This document shows positions 9,855 to 18,865 of a DNA stretch of 34,627 nucleotides, piece after piece. The notes beneath the pieces were generated by a model that searched no databases, was not told the origin of the DNA, and was given only the letters and a program-made list of their open reading frames with translations. Both the position numbers and the translations under genes were made by a program. Within the stretch, counting starts at the first letter, position 1. Each line of letters opens with the position of its first letter. Where the stretch lies: assembly GCA_046570105.1 (NCBI GenBank), contig JBKHVI010000028.1, positions 1 to 34,627 on the forward strand, written 5' to 3'. The DNA is from Bacteriovoracia bacterium (lineage in GTDB: Bacteria; Bdellovibrionota; Bacteriovoracia; Bacteriovoracales; Bacteriovoracaceae).

Positions 9855-10027
9855 GGAGCATCCTGAGTGATTAAGTCGAGAACGATAAAAAAGAGAATTA
9901 TTTTTTATCACCTCTCTGCATCTAGGGCCATTTAACACTAGAATAAATGACGACACTACGTCCACGGCCCAATGCCATTGACTAGGTCTTATCTCGTTTT
10001 TTTAACCGCCAAGGAGAACATATATTT

Positions 10028-12220
10028 ATGGCAACTTCACTTCGCAATGAGGCCAAGCTCAAAGTCTACGGCCGTACCCCACGTAAATGTGAGGTTCCTG
10101 TTAATGAGCAGGGCCGTTATTTGAAAGTTAGTCAGTACTACGGTGAAAACGTTTACAACTATCATCTTTCAAAAAATCTTACTCAAGAAGATAAAGAAAG
10201 TTTGAACCAAGTGTTGAATGGTAAGCGTACTATCGACAAACCTTTGGCCACTAAAGTGGCTAATTCAGTGCTTGAGTGGGCGATTTCAAAAGGTGCCACT
10301 CACTTCTGTCACTGGTTCCAACCGTTGACGGGTGCGACCGCTGAAAAGCATGATGCCTTCTTGAGCTTTGATAATGATCGTCCGATGGAAGATCTTTCGG
10401 CTTCTCAGTTGATGCAAGGTGAGCCGGATGCTTCATCTTTCCCTCACGGCGGTTCACGCGCTACTTTCGAAGCACGCGGTTATACCACTTGGGATTTAAC
10501 TTCTCCGATTTTCATTCGTGAATCAGTAAACGGAAAAACCTTGGTGATTCCAACGGCCTTCGTAAGCTATCACGGCGATGCACTTGATACGAAAACTCCG
10601 CTGTTGCGTTCTGATTTGAAAGTCGCTGAAGAAGTGGTGAAGTTCTGTCACCTCGCAGGCGAGAAAAATGTTCAGCGCGCTTACACAACTTGTGGTGCTG
10701 AACAAGAATACTTCTTGATTGATAAGGCCTTCTTCTTCTCACGTCCAGACTTGGTAATGACGGGCCGTGCGTTGATGGGGTCACTCACATCACGTAACCA
10801 ACAGTTGGAAGATCACTATTTTGGTTTGATCGAAGACCGCGTTCTTGCCTATATGCAAGAAGTAGAAATTGAACTTTATAAAATGGGCATTCCTGCTAAA
10901 ACTCGTCACAACGAAGTGGCCCCAGGTCAGTTCGAACTTGCACCCATTTTCAAAGACGCCAACACGGCAGCTGATAACAATCAAATGGTCATGACAATTC
11001 TTCGTACGGTGGCCTTGAAGCATGACTTCGTTTGCTTGTTGCATGAGAAGCCATTTGCAGGTGTGAACGGTTCAGGTAAACACTTGAATTGGTCTGTGGC
11101 AACTGACACTGGCTTGAACCTCCTTGAGCCAAGCCAAAACCCCCATGAGAACTACCGCTTCTTGGCCGTGGTTGCGACAGTGGTGGAAGCTTTCTTCCGT
11201 CATGCAGACGTTATCCGCATGGGTATTGCGAGTCACGGTAACGATCATCGTTTGGGTGCTAACGAAGCTCCACCGTCAATCATGTCGGTCTTCTTGGGTG
11301 ACACGATCACTAAAATTCTCGACACCATGGTCGCCGGTGGAAAGTACACACCAGATGTAAAAAAAGCCATGGATCTGGGCGCACGCCAACTTGCTTCTCT
11401 TTTCAAAGACAACACTGACCGTAACCGTACATCTTCGTTCGCGTTTACTGGTAACAAGTTTGAGTTCCGCGCTTGCGGATCCTCAGCATCCATTGCTTAC
11501 CCGCTTTCAATCTTGAACGCGGCAGTAGCAGAAGTGTTTGCTGAAACCAATACATTCTTGGAAGAGCAAATTAAGGCCGGTAAGAGTGCTGACGAAGCTC
11601 TCATCATGGTCACACACAAGTGGTACAACAACGCCAAAGCGGTGGTGTTCAACGGTGACGGTTATTCTGATAACTGGGTACAAGAAGCTAAGAAGCGTGG
11701 TCTTTCGAACAACCGCACAACGCCTGAAGCGATCAGCGTATTTAAAGACCAAAAGAAGATTAGCTTCCTCACGGAAACTGGAGTCTTCCGCCAAGGTGAA
11801 ATTCAAACACGTGCCAACGTTATGCTTGAGCGCTATATCAAGTGTCGCGAAATTGAGTTCCGTACTCAATCTGCGATGGTTCACAAACAAATTCTTCCTT
11901 GCGCAATCGCTTACAAGTCAGAATTGTCACAATCAATTGCTGCTATCAAAACAGCAGGTGGTGATGTGAGTGTTGAAACTGATATGTTGAAGCGCTTGGG
12001 AGATATCACTAAGACGCTATTGAGCAAAGCAGAAGGCCTTGATTCAGGCAGCGAAAAATATCACAAGTCACTTGATGAAAGTGGTTATGCGGATAAGATT
12101 GCTCATGAATTGATGCCGATTTCTAACGAGATCGCTCAGCTCTGTAATGCGGTGGAAGAGATTGTACCGGAAGATTCTTGGCCGCTTCCAAAATACTACG
12201 ACATGTTGTTCATTCGCTAA
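10028..12220 (+). CDS. glnA: Glutamine synthetase type III
   Basis: 730 aa; HWFQPLTG.TAEKHDAF, GEPDASSFP.GG, GAEQEYFL, HNEVAPGQFE, HEKPFAGVNGSGKH, HRLGANEAPP, DRNRTS, NKFEFR; AGGAG SD. Confidence 0.95.
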   Translation: MATSLRNEAKLKVYGRTPRKCEVPVNEQGRYLKVSQYYGENVYNYHLSKNLTQEDKESLNQVLNGKRTIDKPLATKVANSVLEWAISKGATHFCHWFQPLTGATAEKHDAFLSFDNDRPMEDLSASQLMQGEPDASSFPHGGSRATFEARGYTTWDLTSPIFIRESVNGKTLVIPTAFVSYHGDALDTKTPLLRSDLKVAEEVVKFCHLAGEKNVQRAYTTCGAEQEYFLIDKAFFFSRPDLVMTGRALMGSLTSRNQQLEDHYFGLIEDRVLAYMQEVEIELYKMGIPAKTRHNEVAPGQFELAPIFKDANTAADNNQMVMTILRTVALKHDFVCLLHEKPFAGVNGSGKHLNWSVATDTGLNLLEPSQNPHENYRFLAVVATVVEAFFRHADVIRMGIASHGNDHRLGANEAPPSIMSVFLGDTITKILDTMVAGGKYTPDVKKAMDLGARQLASLFKDNTDRNRTSSFAFTGNKFEFRACGSSASIAYPLSILNAAVAEVFAETNTFLEEQIKAGKSADEALIMVTHKWYNNAKAVVFNGDGYSDNWVQEAKKRGLSNNRTTPEAISVFKDQKKISFLTETGVFRQGEIQTRANVMLERYIKCREIEFRTQSAMVHKQILPCAIAYKSELSQSIAAIKTAGGDVSVETDMLKRLGDITKTLLSKAEGLDSGSEKYHKSLDESGYADKIAHELMPISNEIAQLCNAVEEIVPEDSWPLPKYYDMLFIR

Positions 12221-12223
12221 AAG

Positions 12224-12249
12224 AAAAGGCCCCGAAAGGGGCCTTTTTT
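12224..12249. terminator. Bidirectional intrinsic terminator
   Basis: AAAAGGCCCC-GAAA-GGGGCCTTTTTT between convergent stops. Confidence 0.92.
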
Positions 12250-12250
12250 A

Positions 12251-12787
12251 TTACTTCAAATCATTCAAATGAACTCTTTCTATATTGAGCTTCATCAACA
12301 CACTTGATGAGTCGAGATAGCCGATTCCCATCTTTTGAACCATGGCCTCACCATTAGCAAAGATCGCCTCAATTCTAATTTTGGCGCCTTCCTTAATCTT
12401 GCCTTTTTTCACTGCCATAATGGCAAAATCTTTTTTACTGAAACCCTGCAGCTCTTTTATTTCCGGGATGATATTTGAGACATGGTTGAGGTTGTATTGA
12501 CCCACTGCTGGTCTATCAACTCCGATGTTTCCGAGCATTTCACCCGTTTGGCAGCCAATGCGTGCCATGCCGTTTTCGAAGAGATAATAAACCTCACAAG
12601 GTTTTGTGATGCTACCAAAGGGAACGAGAATGAGTTCACCGGACTTAACACCCTCAATCCTTTGACTCGTTTGCTTACTTAAATCCTGTAAAGAGAAAGC
12701 GTATTTATATGGGCTGGTCGACCGGTGCCCTGGCCGCTTATGCGCAAGCTTCTGAAAATAAATTAGGTGCGGCCATTTTGATTTCAC
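12251..12787 (-). CDS. Hypothetical protein, 5' end uncertain (possibly truncated)
   Basis: Open frame ending in tandem TAA TAA directly at the terminator. No convincing start or SD, and the first ~26 codons overlap the opposite-strand hydrolase fragment. Confidence 0.5.
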   Translation of the reverse strand: MKSKWPHLIYFQKLAHKRPGHRSTSPYKYAFSLQDLSKQTSQRIEGVKSGELILVPFGSITKPCEVYYLFENGMARIGCQTGEMLGNIGVDRPAVGQYNLNHVSNIIPEIKELQGFSKKDFAIMAVKKGKIKEGAKIRIEAIFANGEAMVQKMGIGYLDSSSVLMKLNIERVHLNDLK

Positions 12788-13152
12788 CTTATTTTGTTAC
12801 TCGAGTAAGTATGACTGCCGCCGGAGTAAAGCACGATATTCCTGAGCCCTATGAGAAGCCCAAAGTGGCATCACCCATGATGACACCAAAATTCACTTCG
12901 AATCTTTTTTATAAGGGAATCAAGGTGAGCAAACTCAAGGTTGATGCTCGTACACCAGGTTTGGTTTTACTTGCAGGTGAGCGTGATCCCTGGGTCTCTG
13001 CTGCCAAAACCAATCTCTTAATGCTTGAGAATGCATCGCACTTCTTAGTGTATTATTTCGAGCATGCATTACATGGAATTCATAATGAGTCGTCACTGGC
13101 TATCAGACAGCAGTCCCATGATACCATCGTGAACTTCTTGTTAAGGCTCTAG
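12709..13152 (+). pseudogene. Alpha/beta-hydrolase C-terminal fragment (N-terminal half missing)
   Basis: Starts at the nucleophile elbow (IY)MGWSTG; Asp in GERDPWV and His in ALHGIHNE. In-frame TAA at 12646-12648 and no upstream start. Confidence 0.7.
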
Positions 13153-14519
13153 GTCTTAGATTTGAATTTCTTCAAGAGTGCGATAAAGCGGCGGAAGACG
13201 TTATGTTCAAAACGAGCTTCCGCTCGCAAGAAATACATATCAAGCATGGGATCATCTTCATTCATCACATAACGAACAAAATCCTGAGTTACGATAAAGA
13301 GTTGAGTCAGAGGGGAGAGCTTTTCAGCAGGGATCTTGGTTGGAAAACCCCCGCCGCCTGGCATCTCATGGTGCTGCAAAACCAACACATCCGTTTCAGA
13401 TGGAGCGAACTTAAATTGAGTTTTCGTTAATTGCGCGGCCTCACGCGGATGGGCGAGATAGAGTTTTTGATCATCATCAGAAAGTTCATTTTTACAATCT
13501 TCAAAAGCTGCCAAGTTAGGAATGCGTTGAAGATGCGGCTTCGTTGCCAAGGTAATATCGTGAAGCACGGCCGCATAAACGAGCTTCTCAAGAGTAGACT
13601 TGGAATGCCACTCCATTTTTTTTGCTAGCACACAACTGATGATACTGGTGAGCTGTAAACTTTTGGCGAAATAACTCACTTCTGAGTTATTGTCGCGAAT
13701 CATCTTGATGACTTTGCCCATACGCATATCTTTTTGAACCACATCCATCACTTTACCCATGATGACTTCAATTTCTTTTTTAAAGTCTGGATCGATATGG
13801 AGTTCATCGCAGACGCGAATAATCTTTTGATCAAAGGCTTCTTCTTTCGGAGCATCTGGACTGCGCATGATAAATTGGAAATTTTTATTAGCGAGGAAAA
13901 TATGGAACTGCTTTTGAATCTGATTCACCATCCAGTCACAAGTAGGACGTGAGAGCCATAAGAACTCTACGCCTTTGGCGCGATACTTGGCGCGATCTTC
14001 CACACTGGCCCCGCCGCTTTCGAAAAGTTTTACCAGTTTTCCTGAGGGAAGACGTAAGAACAAATCTTTATCCATTCCATTGAGAGCATCAATACCATCC
14101 ATATGGAGACGGCACATCTCTTCGGTATTATTCGTCACAATGCCTTGGAACATTTCTCGAGTGTAATGAAGAACTCGTGCCCACATGGCCTCTTTTTGAA
14201 TAAGATGAAAAGTGGGAAGTGATTCAAAGTAAGCACTGACTTGACCATGAATCTTGTCAGCGAGCACCATAAACTGAACTTTCTTTTTGCTCTCTTTAAT
14301 ATAGACAATGAAGTCTTCCACCAAGAAAGCATCTGGAACATATTCGTAGATAATCATATTGGGAAAGTGAATATTCACCCCGCGCAAATATTCGAGTGCA
14401 GCACTTTCCGAATCACTGGTTTGCACGACACATTCAAATTGCCACTCTAAAACGAAACGAACGAGTTCGCGAAAAGCAGGGCGTTTAGAAACGACTAGGT
14501 AATGAATTTTTTCACTCAT
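13149..14519 (-). CDS. Pseudo-receiver plus degenerate HD-GYP-like domain protein
   Basis: REC-like N-terminus lacking the acidic pocket; AAVLHDITL and QHHEMPGGGGFP in the C-terminal domain. Confidence 0.72.
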   Translation of the reverse strand: MSEKIHYLVVSKRPAFRELVRFVLEWQFECVVQTSDSESAALEYLRGVNIHFPNMIIYEYVPDAFLVEDFIVYIKESKKKVQFMVLADKIHGQVSAYFESLPTFHLIQKEAMWARVLHYTREMFQGIVTNNTEEMCRLHMDGIDALNGMDKDLFLRLPSGKLVKLFESGGASVEDRAKYRAKGVEFLWLSRPTCDWMVNQIQKQFHIFLANKNFQFIMRSPDAPKEEAFDQKIIRVCDELHIDPDFKKEIEVIMGKVMDVVQKDMRMGKVIKMIRDNNSEVSYFAKSLQLTSIISCVLAKKMEWHSKSTLEKLVYAAVLHDITLATKPHLQRIPNLAAFEDCKNELSDDDQKLYLAHPREAAQLTKTQFKFAPSETDVLVLQHHEMPGGGGFPTKIPAEKLSPLTQLFIVTQDFVRYVMNEDDPMLDMYFLRAEARFEHNVFRRFIALLKKFKSKT

Positions 14520-15577
14520 GGTGTACCTTTTTCAAAGTCACGTAAAGCGTACCAGGCCGGGCGAAGTTCATCAAAGGCAATATAAGAATGACGAGCTTCA
14601 CGATTATGCCCAGGGCGAATGTCTTCGAGTCGCCAAGCGAGAGCACTTTCAAAGCCACATTCTTTGGCCTGAGTTAGAAAACTTTTGGTGAGGTGTGCTT
14701 GTAGTTGATCATCGAAGGCCTGACTCTTCTGACCGAATTCTCCCAATTGAAAGCGCATGCCTTTTTGTGACATGCTTGAAAACCACTCACAGGCAGGAAT
14801 TTTTCCGCTATCGCTATAAACATGAAAATCGAAATAATCACTGCAATGATAAGGCAGATCTTCATTGATATAATGTTTTTCAGAGCCACTATGTCCTACA
14901 GAAACTCCGTAGGTATGGTGATAGCTTTTTATGACTTTTTGCCATTGGCAGAGCATTTTTGAAGCACCTGACCAACCATTTTCAAAAATTTTGTACTTAA
15001 CCGCCGCATCGATTTCATTCATTAATTCAATTTGTGCGATTGTTGAATCGAGGTCTTCATCCTTAATGGCATCGAGTAGAGGAGTGATGGCTTGATTTAG
15101 AAACCATTCTCCCATCTGGTATTTATCATTGAGTACATTCCACCAAAAGCTACGCAACCGACCATCTGTAAGGTGAGCCGCTTTGTAAGCATTTCCATCA
15201 AAGAAAGTGAGATTGGCCTTGAGTCCTTTTTGACGACATTTTTTGAGAAAATAAAGCACGTTGGGAATAAAACTTTTATGCAAGGTGGCCGGAAAACCCT
15301 CTTCATTTTTTTCAAATTGAGTTTGATGGATCCCTTCAAATAACCAGAGCCGAACAATTTTAGCGTCGCCTTTGACTGCGTGATCAAGGAGCTCATCTAC
15401 TTTTTTTTTCGAAAAACTTCCGTCAATCCATTGATGGCCATAGGCCTTACCCCACCAAGCGATGTTGTAGCCTTTGATTAATTTTTGTGAAGCCGGTGTT
15501 CGAACTTGTTGATGAGGAGCGTGGATTTGTGCCCAAATCATCAAAGCAGTCACACTAAATAAACCCCATAGTTTCAT
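14516..15577 (-). CDS. Secreted glycoside hydrolase, GH5-like (clan GH-A)
   Basis: Signal peptide; VRLWLF, ELMNE (acid/base), DFHVY, LGEFG (nucleophile), LAW. Confidence 0.78.
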   Translation of the reverse strand: MKLWGLFSVTALMIWAQIHAPHQQVRTPASQKLIKGYNIAWWGKAYGHQWIDGSFSKKKVDELLDHAVKGDAKIVRLWLFEGIHQTQFEKNEEGFPATLHKSFIPNVLYFLKKCRQKGLKANLTFFDGNAYKAAHLTDGRLRSFWWNVLNDKYQMGEWFLNQAITPLLDAIKDEDLDSTIAQIELMNEIDAAVKYKIFENGWSGASKMLCQWQKVIKSYHHTYGVSVGHSGSEKHYINEDLPYHCSDYFDFHVYSDSGKIPACEWFSSMSQKGMRFQLGEFGQKSQAFDDQLQAHLTKSFLTQAKECGFESALAWRLEDIRPGHNREARHSYIAFDELRPAWYALRDFEKGTP

Positions 15578-15584
15578 GTCTCAG

Positions 15585-15611
15585 TTATCGGTCAAATAGT
15601 GAATTTCATGA
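15585..15611 (-). promoter_or_regulatory. Putative sigma28 (FliA) promoter
   Basis: TCAT-N15-ACCGATAA compared with consensus TAAA-N15-GCCGATAA; 7 nt from the GH5 ATG. Confidence 0.55.
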
Positions 15612-15856
15612 AGATGTATTAAGTTCTAAAACACACTGGTGTACTATCCTGCTCGGTCTTTGACTCACTCCGTTTGTGCGCGTGTGCGGGCGTGTCAGTT
15701 AGTTTTTCTTGTTGCTTTGTTCCTGCGCAACAAAATGGTCAGGTTTTAATTTTTCACTCGTAACTAGGCGGCCATGTTGTGGGTATATGTAGGCCAGAAA
15801 GAAAAATTAGCGAGTAGCGACTAAATGAAAAGTGTGAAAAAAACTTTTTAATCAGA

Positions 15857-15882
15857 GGTGCCCCCACGACGAGGCACTTTTT
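15857..15882 (+). terminator. Intrinsic terminator upstream of topA with no annotated + strand gene before it
   Basis: GGTGCC...GGCACT stem followed by a T-run. Confidence 0.55.
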
Positions 15883-15947
15883 ATTTCCTTGACGATTTTC
15901 CAGACCGCCCTTACTTATTGATAAATAAATCTCGTTTCTGGGAATTC

Positions 15948-18503
15948 ATGGAAAAAAAATATCTCGTCATAGTGGAGTCGCCTACTAAGGCAAAGACTAT
16001 CCGCAAGTTCTTACCTAAGAACTACATAATTGAAGCAAGCATGGGCCATGTCCGTGACTTACCACAATCAGCTTCTGACATTCCTGCCGCCCTTAAAAAA
16101 GAAGATTGGGCCAAGCTGGGTGTGAACGTGAAGGAAGATTTCTCTCCTTTATATATAGTTCCCAAAGACAAATCCAAAATCATCCGAGAGCTCAAAGAGA
16201 AGATGAAGGGTGTCTCCATCGTCTATCTCGCGACCGACGAAGACCGCGAAGGAGAATCGATTTCTTGGCACTTGTTGCAACTCTTGAAGCCCAAAGTCCC
16301 TGTGAAGCGAATGGTGTTCCATGAGATCACCAAGACTGCTATCACTAAGGCCCTCGAAAAGTGCCGTGATGTAGATGAGAACCTAGTCCGTGCCCAAGAA
16401 GCACGTCGAATTCTTGATCGTCTCTACGGTTACACTCTTTCTCCTTTAATCTGGAAGAAAATCGCTTACGGTCTTTCTGCAGGACGAGTTCAATCGACGG
16501 GTCTCAAGATGATTTGTGAGCGTGAACGCGAGCGCATGCGCTTTAAGCGTTCAAGCTACTGGGATGTCAAGGCCACAGCTCATCCATTGAATGCCAAAAA
16601 AGACATGATCGATCTGCGCATGACCAGTCTGAAGGGATTGCGTCTCGCTGGCGGTAAAGACTTCGATGGTCTCACTGGCAAATTACATGACGCTAAAAAA
16701 GTAGCACTCCTTGGTGAGAAAGACGCCACCAAACTTGCGGCTGAGATGATCAAGCATGATTGGACTGTCACGAGCGTAGAAGAGAAGAAGTTCTCATCTA
16801 ACCCGGCCGCTCCATTTATTACTTCTACGCTGCAGATGGAAGGTAACCGTAAGCTTGGTATGTCATCTAAAGATACCATGCGAACTGCTCAGCGTTTGTA
16901 TGAAGAAGGTTTGATTACCTATATGCGTACTGACTCACCGAACCTTTCAGCGGAAGCTATTAAAGCGGCCCGCGATATGGTGGTGGATCTTTATGGCAAA
17001 GAATATCTAAGTCCTGAGGCCCGTCAATATTCAGCAAAAAACAAAGGCGCTCAAGAGGCCCACGAAGCCATTCGTCCTGCCGGTGCTGAATTTATGCATC
17101 CGGATAAAACAGGTCTTACTGGACGAGAAAAAGCTCTCTATGAATTGATCTGGAAGCGCACCATGGCGACACAGATGAAAGAAGCAGAGAAGGCGAGTGT
17201 CACAATTAAAGTCGATGCAACGGAAGGTGAGTTCACTGCCAGTGGTACGCGCATTTTGTTCCCAGGATTTTTACGTGTCTACGTTGAAGGCAGTGATGAT
17301 CCAGAACAAGCACTCGAAGACAAAGAGTTGATTCTTCCGCCTTTGAAAAAAGGCGACAAGCTCAAGCCTGTCACAGTCACTCCAGAAAGCCATGAAACGA
17401 AACCACCGGCACGCTTTACTGAAGCATCGCTGGTTCAGAATCTGGAGAAAGAGGGAGTTGGCCGCCCATCAACATACGCTTCGATTATCGGAACCATCCT
17501 TGATCGCGGTTATGTGAGAAAAGAGGCGAATGCCCTGATCCCATCATTTACTGGTATGGCCGTCATCCAACTTTTGCAAACTCACTTCGAGCATTTGCTT
17601 GAGTACAGCTTCACATCTGAGATGGAAGAGAGCCTTGATAAGATTGCTTATGGAGAACAAGACTGGATTAAATATCTGGATAAGTTCTACAACGGTAAGG
17701 CCGGTCTTTTAAAGAAAGTAGAAGAACAAGACAAAAAGATTAAGCCTGATGAATCGCGCACGATTCATATTGAACGCGATGGCGAAATTCTCGATATTAA
17801 AGTTGGCCGCTTCGGACCTTACGTTGTTCAGAAAACAGGTAAAGAAGAAGTCCATGCTTCGATTCCAGAAGATATTGCTCCCGCCGATATTCGCCCTGAG
17901 CAGATTGCTGATCTCTTGAAGCAATCAAAAAATGGTCCCACTCCGATTGGTAAAGATCCTAAGACCAAGCAGAACATCTACTGCTTAGTGGGTCGCTACG
18001 GAGCATATCTGCAGTTAGGTGAAAAGACGGATGAGAACCCCACTCCTCGTCGTGCTTCTCTGCCAAAAGGTGTTGATCCTAAAACGATGGAAATGGAAGT
18101 TGCTTTAAAACTGCTCTCACTTCCTCGTGAACTGGGTGTGCATCCTGAAACGAAGAAGCCGATTCTGGCCAACAACGGCCGCTTCGGCCCCTATGTGATG
18201 CATGACGGGAACTTCCGCTCGCTGAAAAAAGATGATGATCTTTATGCTATTGATTTGAAGCGCGCCCTCGAGATTCTCGCTGAAGAGAAGAAAGGTCCCC
18301 GCGGCTCAAAGCTGGTGCGAGATTTTGGCCTGGTCGCCAAATTGAAAAAGAAAGCAGCTATTTACGAAGGTAAATACGGTCTCTATGTGAAGGTGGGAAC
18401 TAAGAATATCACCCTCCCAGAGGACAAACGTGACCTCAAAGTCATCAAAGATATGACCGAGGCCGACCTGGCTTCCATTGTACTCGCTTCTAATAAAAAA
18501 TAG
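15948..18503 (+). CDS. topA: DNA topoisomerase I (type IA) with C-terminal Topo_C repeats
   Basis: LVIVESPTKAK, GHVRDL, ATDEDREGE, SAGRVQS, ITYMRTDS (catalytic Tyr), QEAHEAIRP; repeated GRFGPY/GRYGAY/GKYGLY motifs; start set at ATG 15948. Confidence 0.96.
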   Translation: MEKKYLVIVESPTKAKTIRKFLPKNYIIEASMGHVRDLPQSASDIPAALKKEDWAKLGVNVKEDFSPLYIVPKDKSKIIRELKEKMKGVSIVYLATDEDREGESISWHLLQLLKPKVPVKRMVFHEITKTAITKALEKCRDVDENLVRAQEARRILDRLYGYTLSPLIWKKIAYGLSAGRVQSTGLKMICERERERMRFKRSSYWDVKATAHPLNAKKDMIDLRMTSLKGLRLAGGKDFDGLTGKLHDAKKVALLGEKDATKLAAEMIKHDWTVTSVEEKKFSSNPAAPFITSTLQMEGNRKLGMSSKDTMRTAQRLYEEGLITYMRTDSPNLSAEAIKAARDMVVDLYGKEYLSPEARQYSAKNKGAQEAHEAIRPAGAEFMHPDKTGLTGREKALYELIWKRTMATQMKEAEKASVTIKVDATEGEFTASGTRILFPGFLRVYVEGSDDPEQALEDKELILPPLKKGDKLKPVTVTPESHETKPPARFTEASLVQNLEKEGVGRPSTYASIIGTILDRGYVRKEANALIPSFTGMAVIQLLQTHFEHLLEYSFTSEMEESLDKIAYGEQDWIKYLDKFYNGKAGLLKKVEEQDKKIKPDESRTIHIERDGEILDIKVGRFGPYVVQKTGKEEVHASIPEDIAPADIRPEQIADLLKQSKNGPTPIGKDPKTKQNIYCLVGRYGAYLQLGEKTDENPTPRRASLPKGVDPKTMEMEVALKLLSLPRELGVHPETKKPILANNGRFGPYVMHDGNFRSLKKDDDLYAIDLKRALEILAEEKKGPRGSKLVRDFGLVAKLKKKAAIYEGKYGLYVKVGTKNITLPEDKRDLKVIKDMTEADLASIVLASNKK

Positions 18504-18517
18504 TGCCATGCATTAAA

Positions 18518-18558
18518 GCCTTGAGTTGATTGACAACTCAAGGCCCAAAGCCTAATTT
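18518..18558 (+). promoter_or_regulatory. Sigma70 promoter of the L31 gene overlapped by an 11-bp inverted repeat
   Basis: TTGACA(18530-35)-N17-TAATTT(18553-58); GCCTTGAGTTG-N5-CAACTCAAGGC spans 18518-18544. Confidence 0.65.
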
Positions 18559-18593
18559 CTCCAGACTCCATTTTCTGTAATAAGGATCAGACT

Positions 18594-18836
18594 ATGAAAA
18601 AAGACATTCACCCAAACTATCGCGAAGTCGTGTTCAAAGACGTGTCTTCGGATTACGAAGTTCTCACTCGTTCAACAGTGAAGACTACTGACAAAACAAC
18701 TTACCAAGGAAAAGAGTATCCTCTTTTCAAAGTTGATATTTCTTCAGCATCACACCCGTTCTACACCGGTACCCAGAAGATCATGGATACTGAAGGACGT
18801 GTTGATCGCTTCAAGAAAAAATACGGCAAAAAGTGA
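18594..18836 (+). CDS. rpmE2: 50S ribosomal protein L31 type B (no Zn-binding cysteines)
   Basis: [37 protein letters not shown]; 80 aa with no Cys. Confidence 0.95.
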   Translation: MKKDIHPNYREVVFKDVSSDYEVLTRSTVKTTDKTTYQGKEYPLFKVDISSASHPFYTGTQKIMDTEGRVDRFKKKYGKK

Positions 18837-18840
18837 TTTT

Positions 18841-18865
18841 AAAGCCACCTTCGGGTGGCTTTTTT
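18841..18865 (+). terminator. Intrinsic terminator of the L31 gene
   Basis: AAAGCCACC-TTCG-GGTGGCTTTTTT. Confidence 0.92.

Noticed and set aside
9910..10027. Glutamine (glnA) riboswitch upstream of GSIII
   Set aside because: I could not find the conserved three-stem junction or its sequence motifs by eye; a cmscan would settle it.
12482..12682. + strand ORF (VVLTHCWS...EHFTRLAAN..AVF) as a frameshifted N-terminus of the hydrolase
   Set aside because: Only superficial resemblance: it lacks HG and DxxGxGxS, and is antisense to a more convincing - strand ORF.
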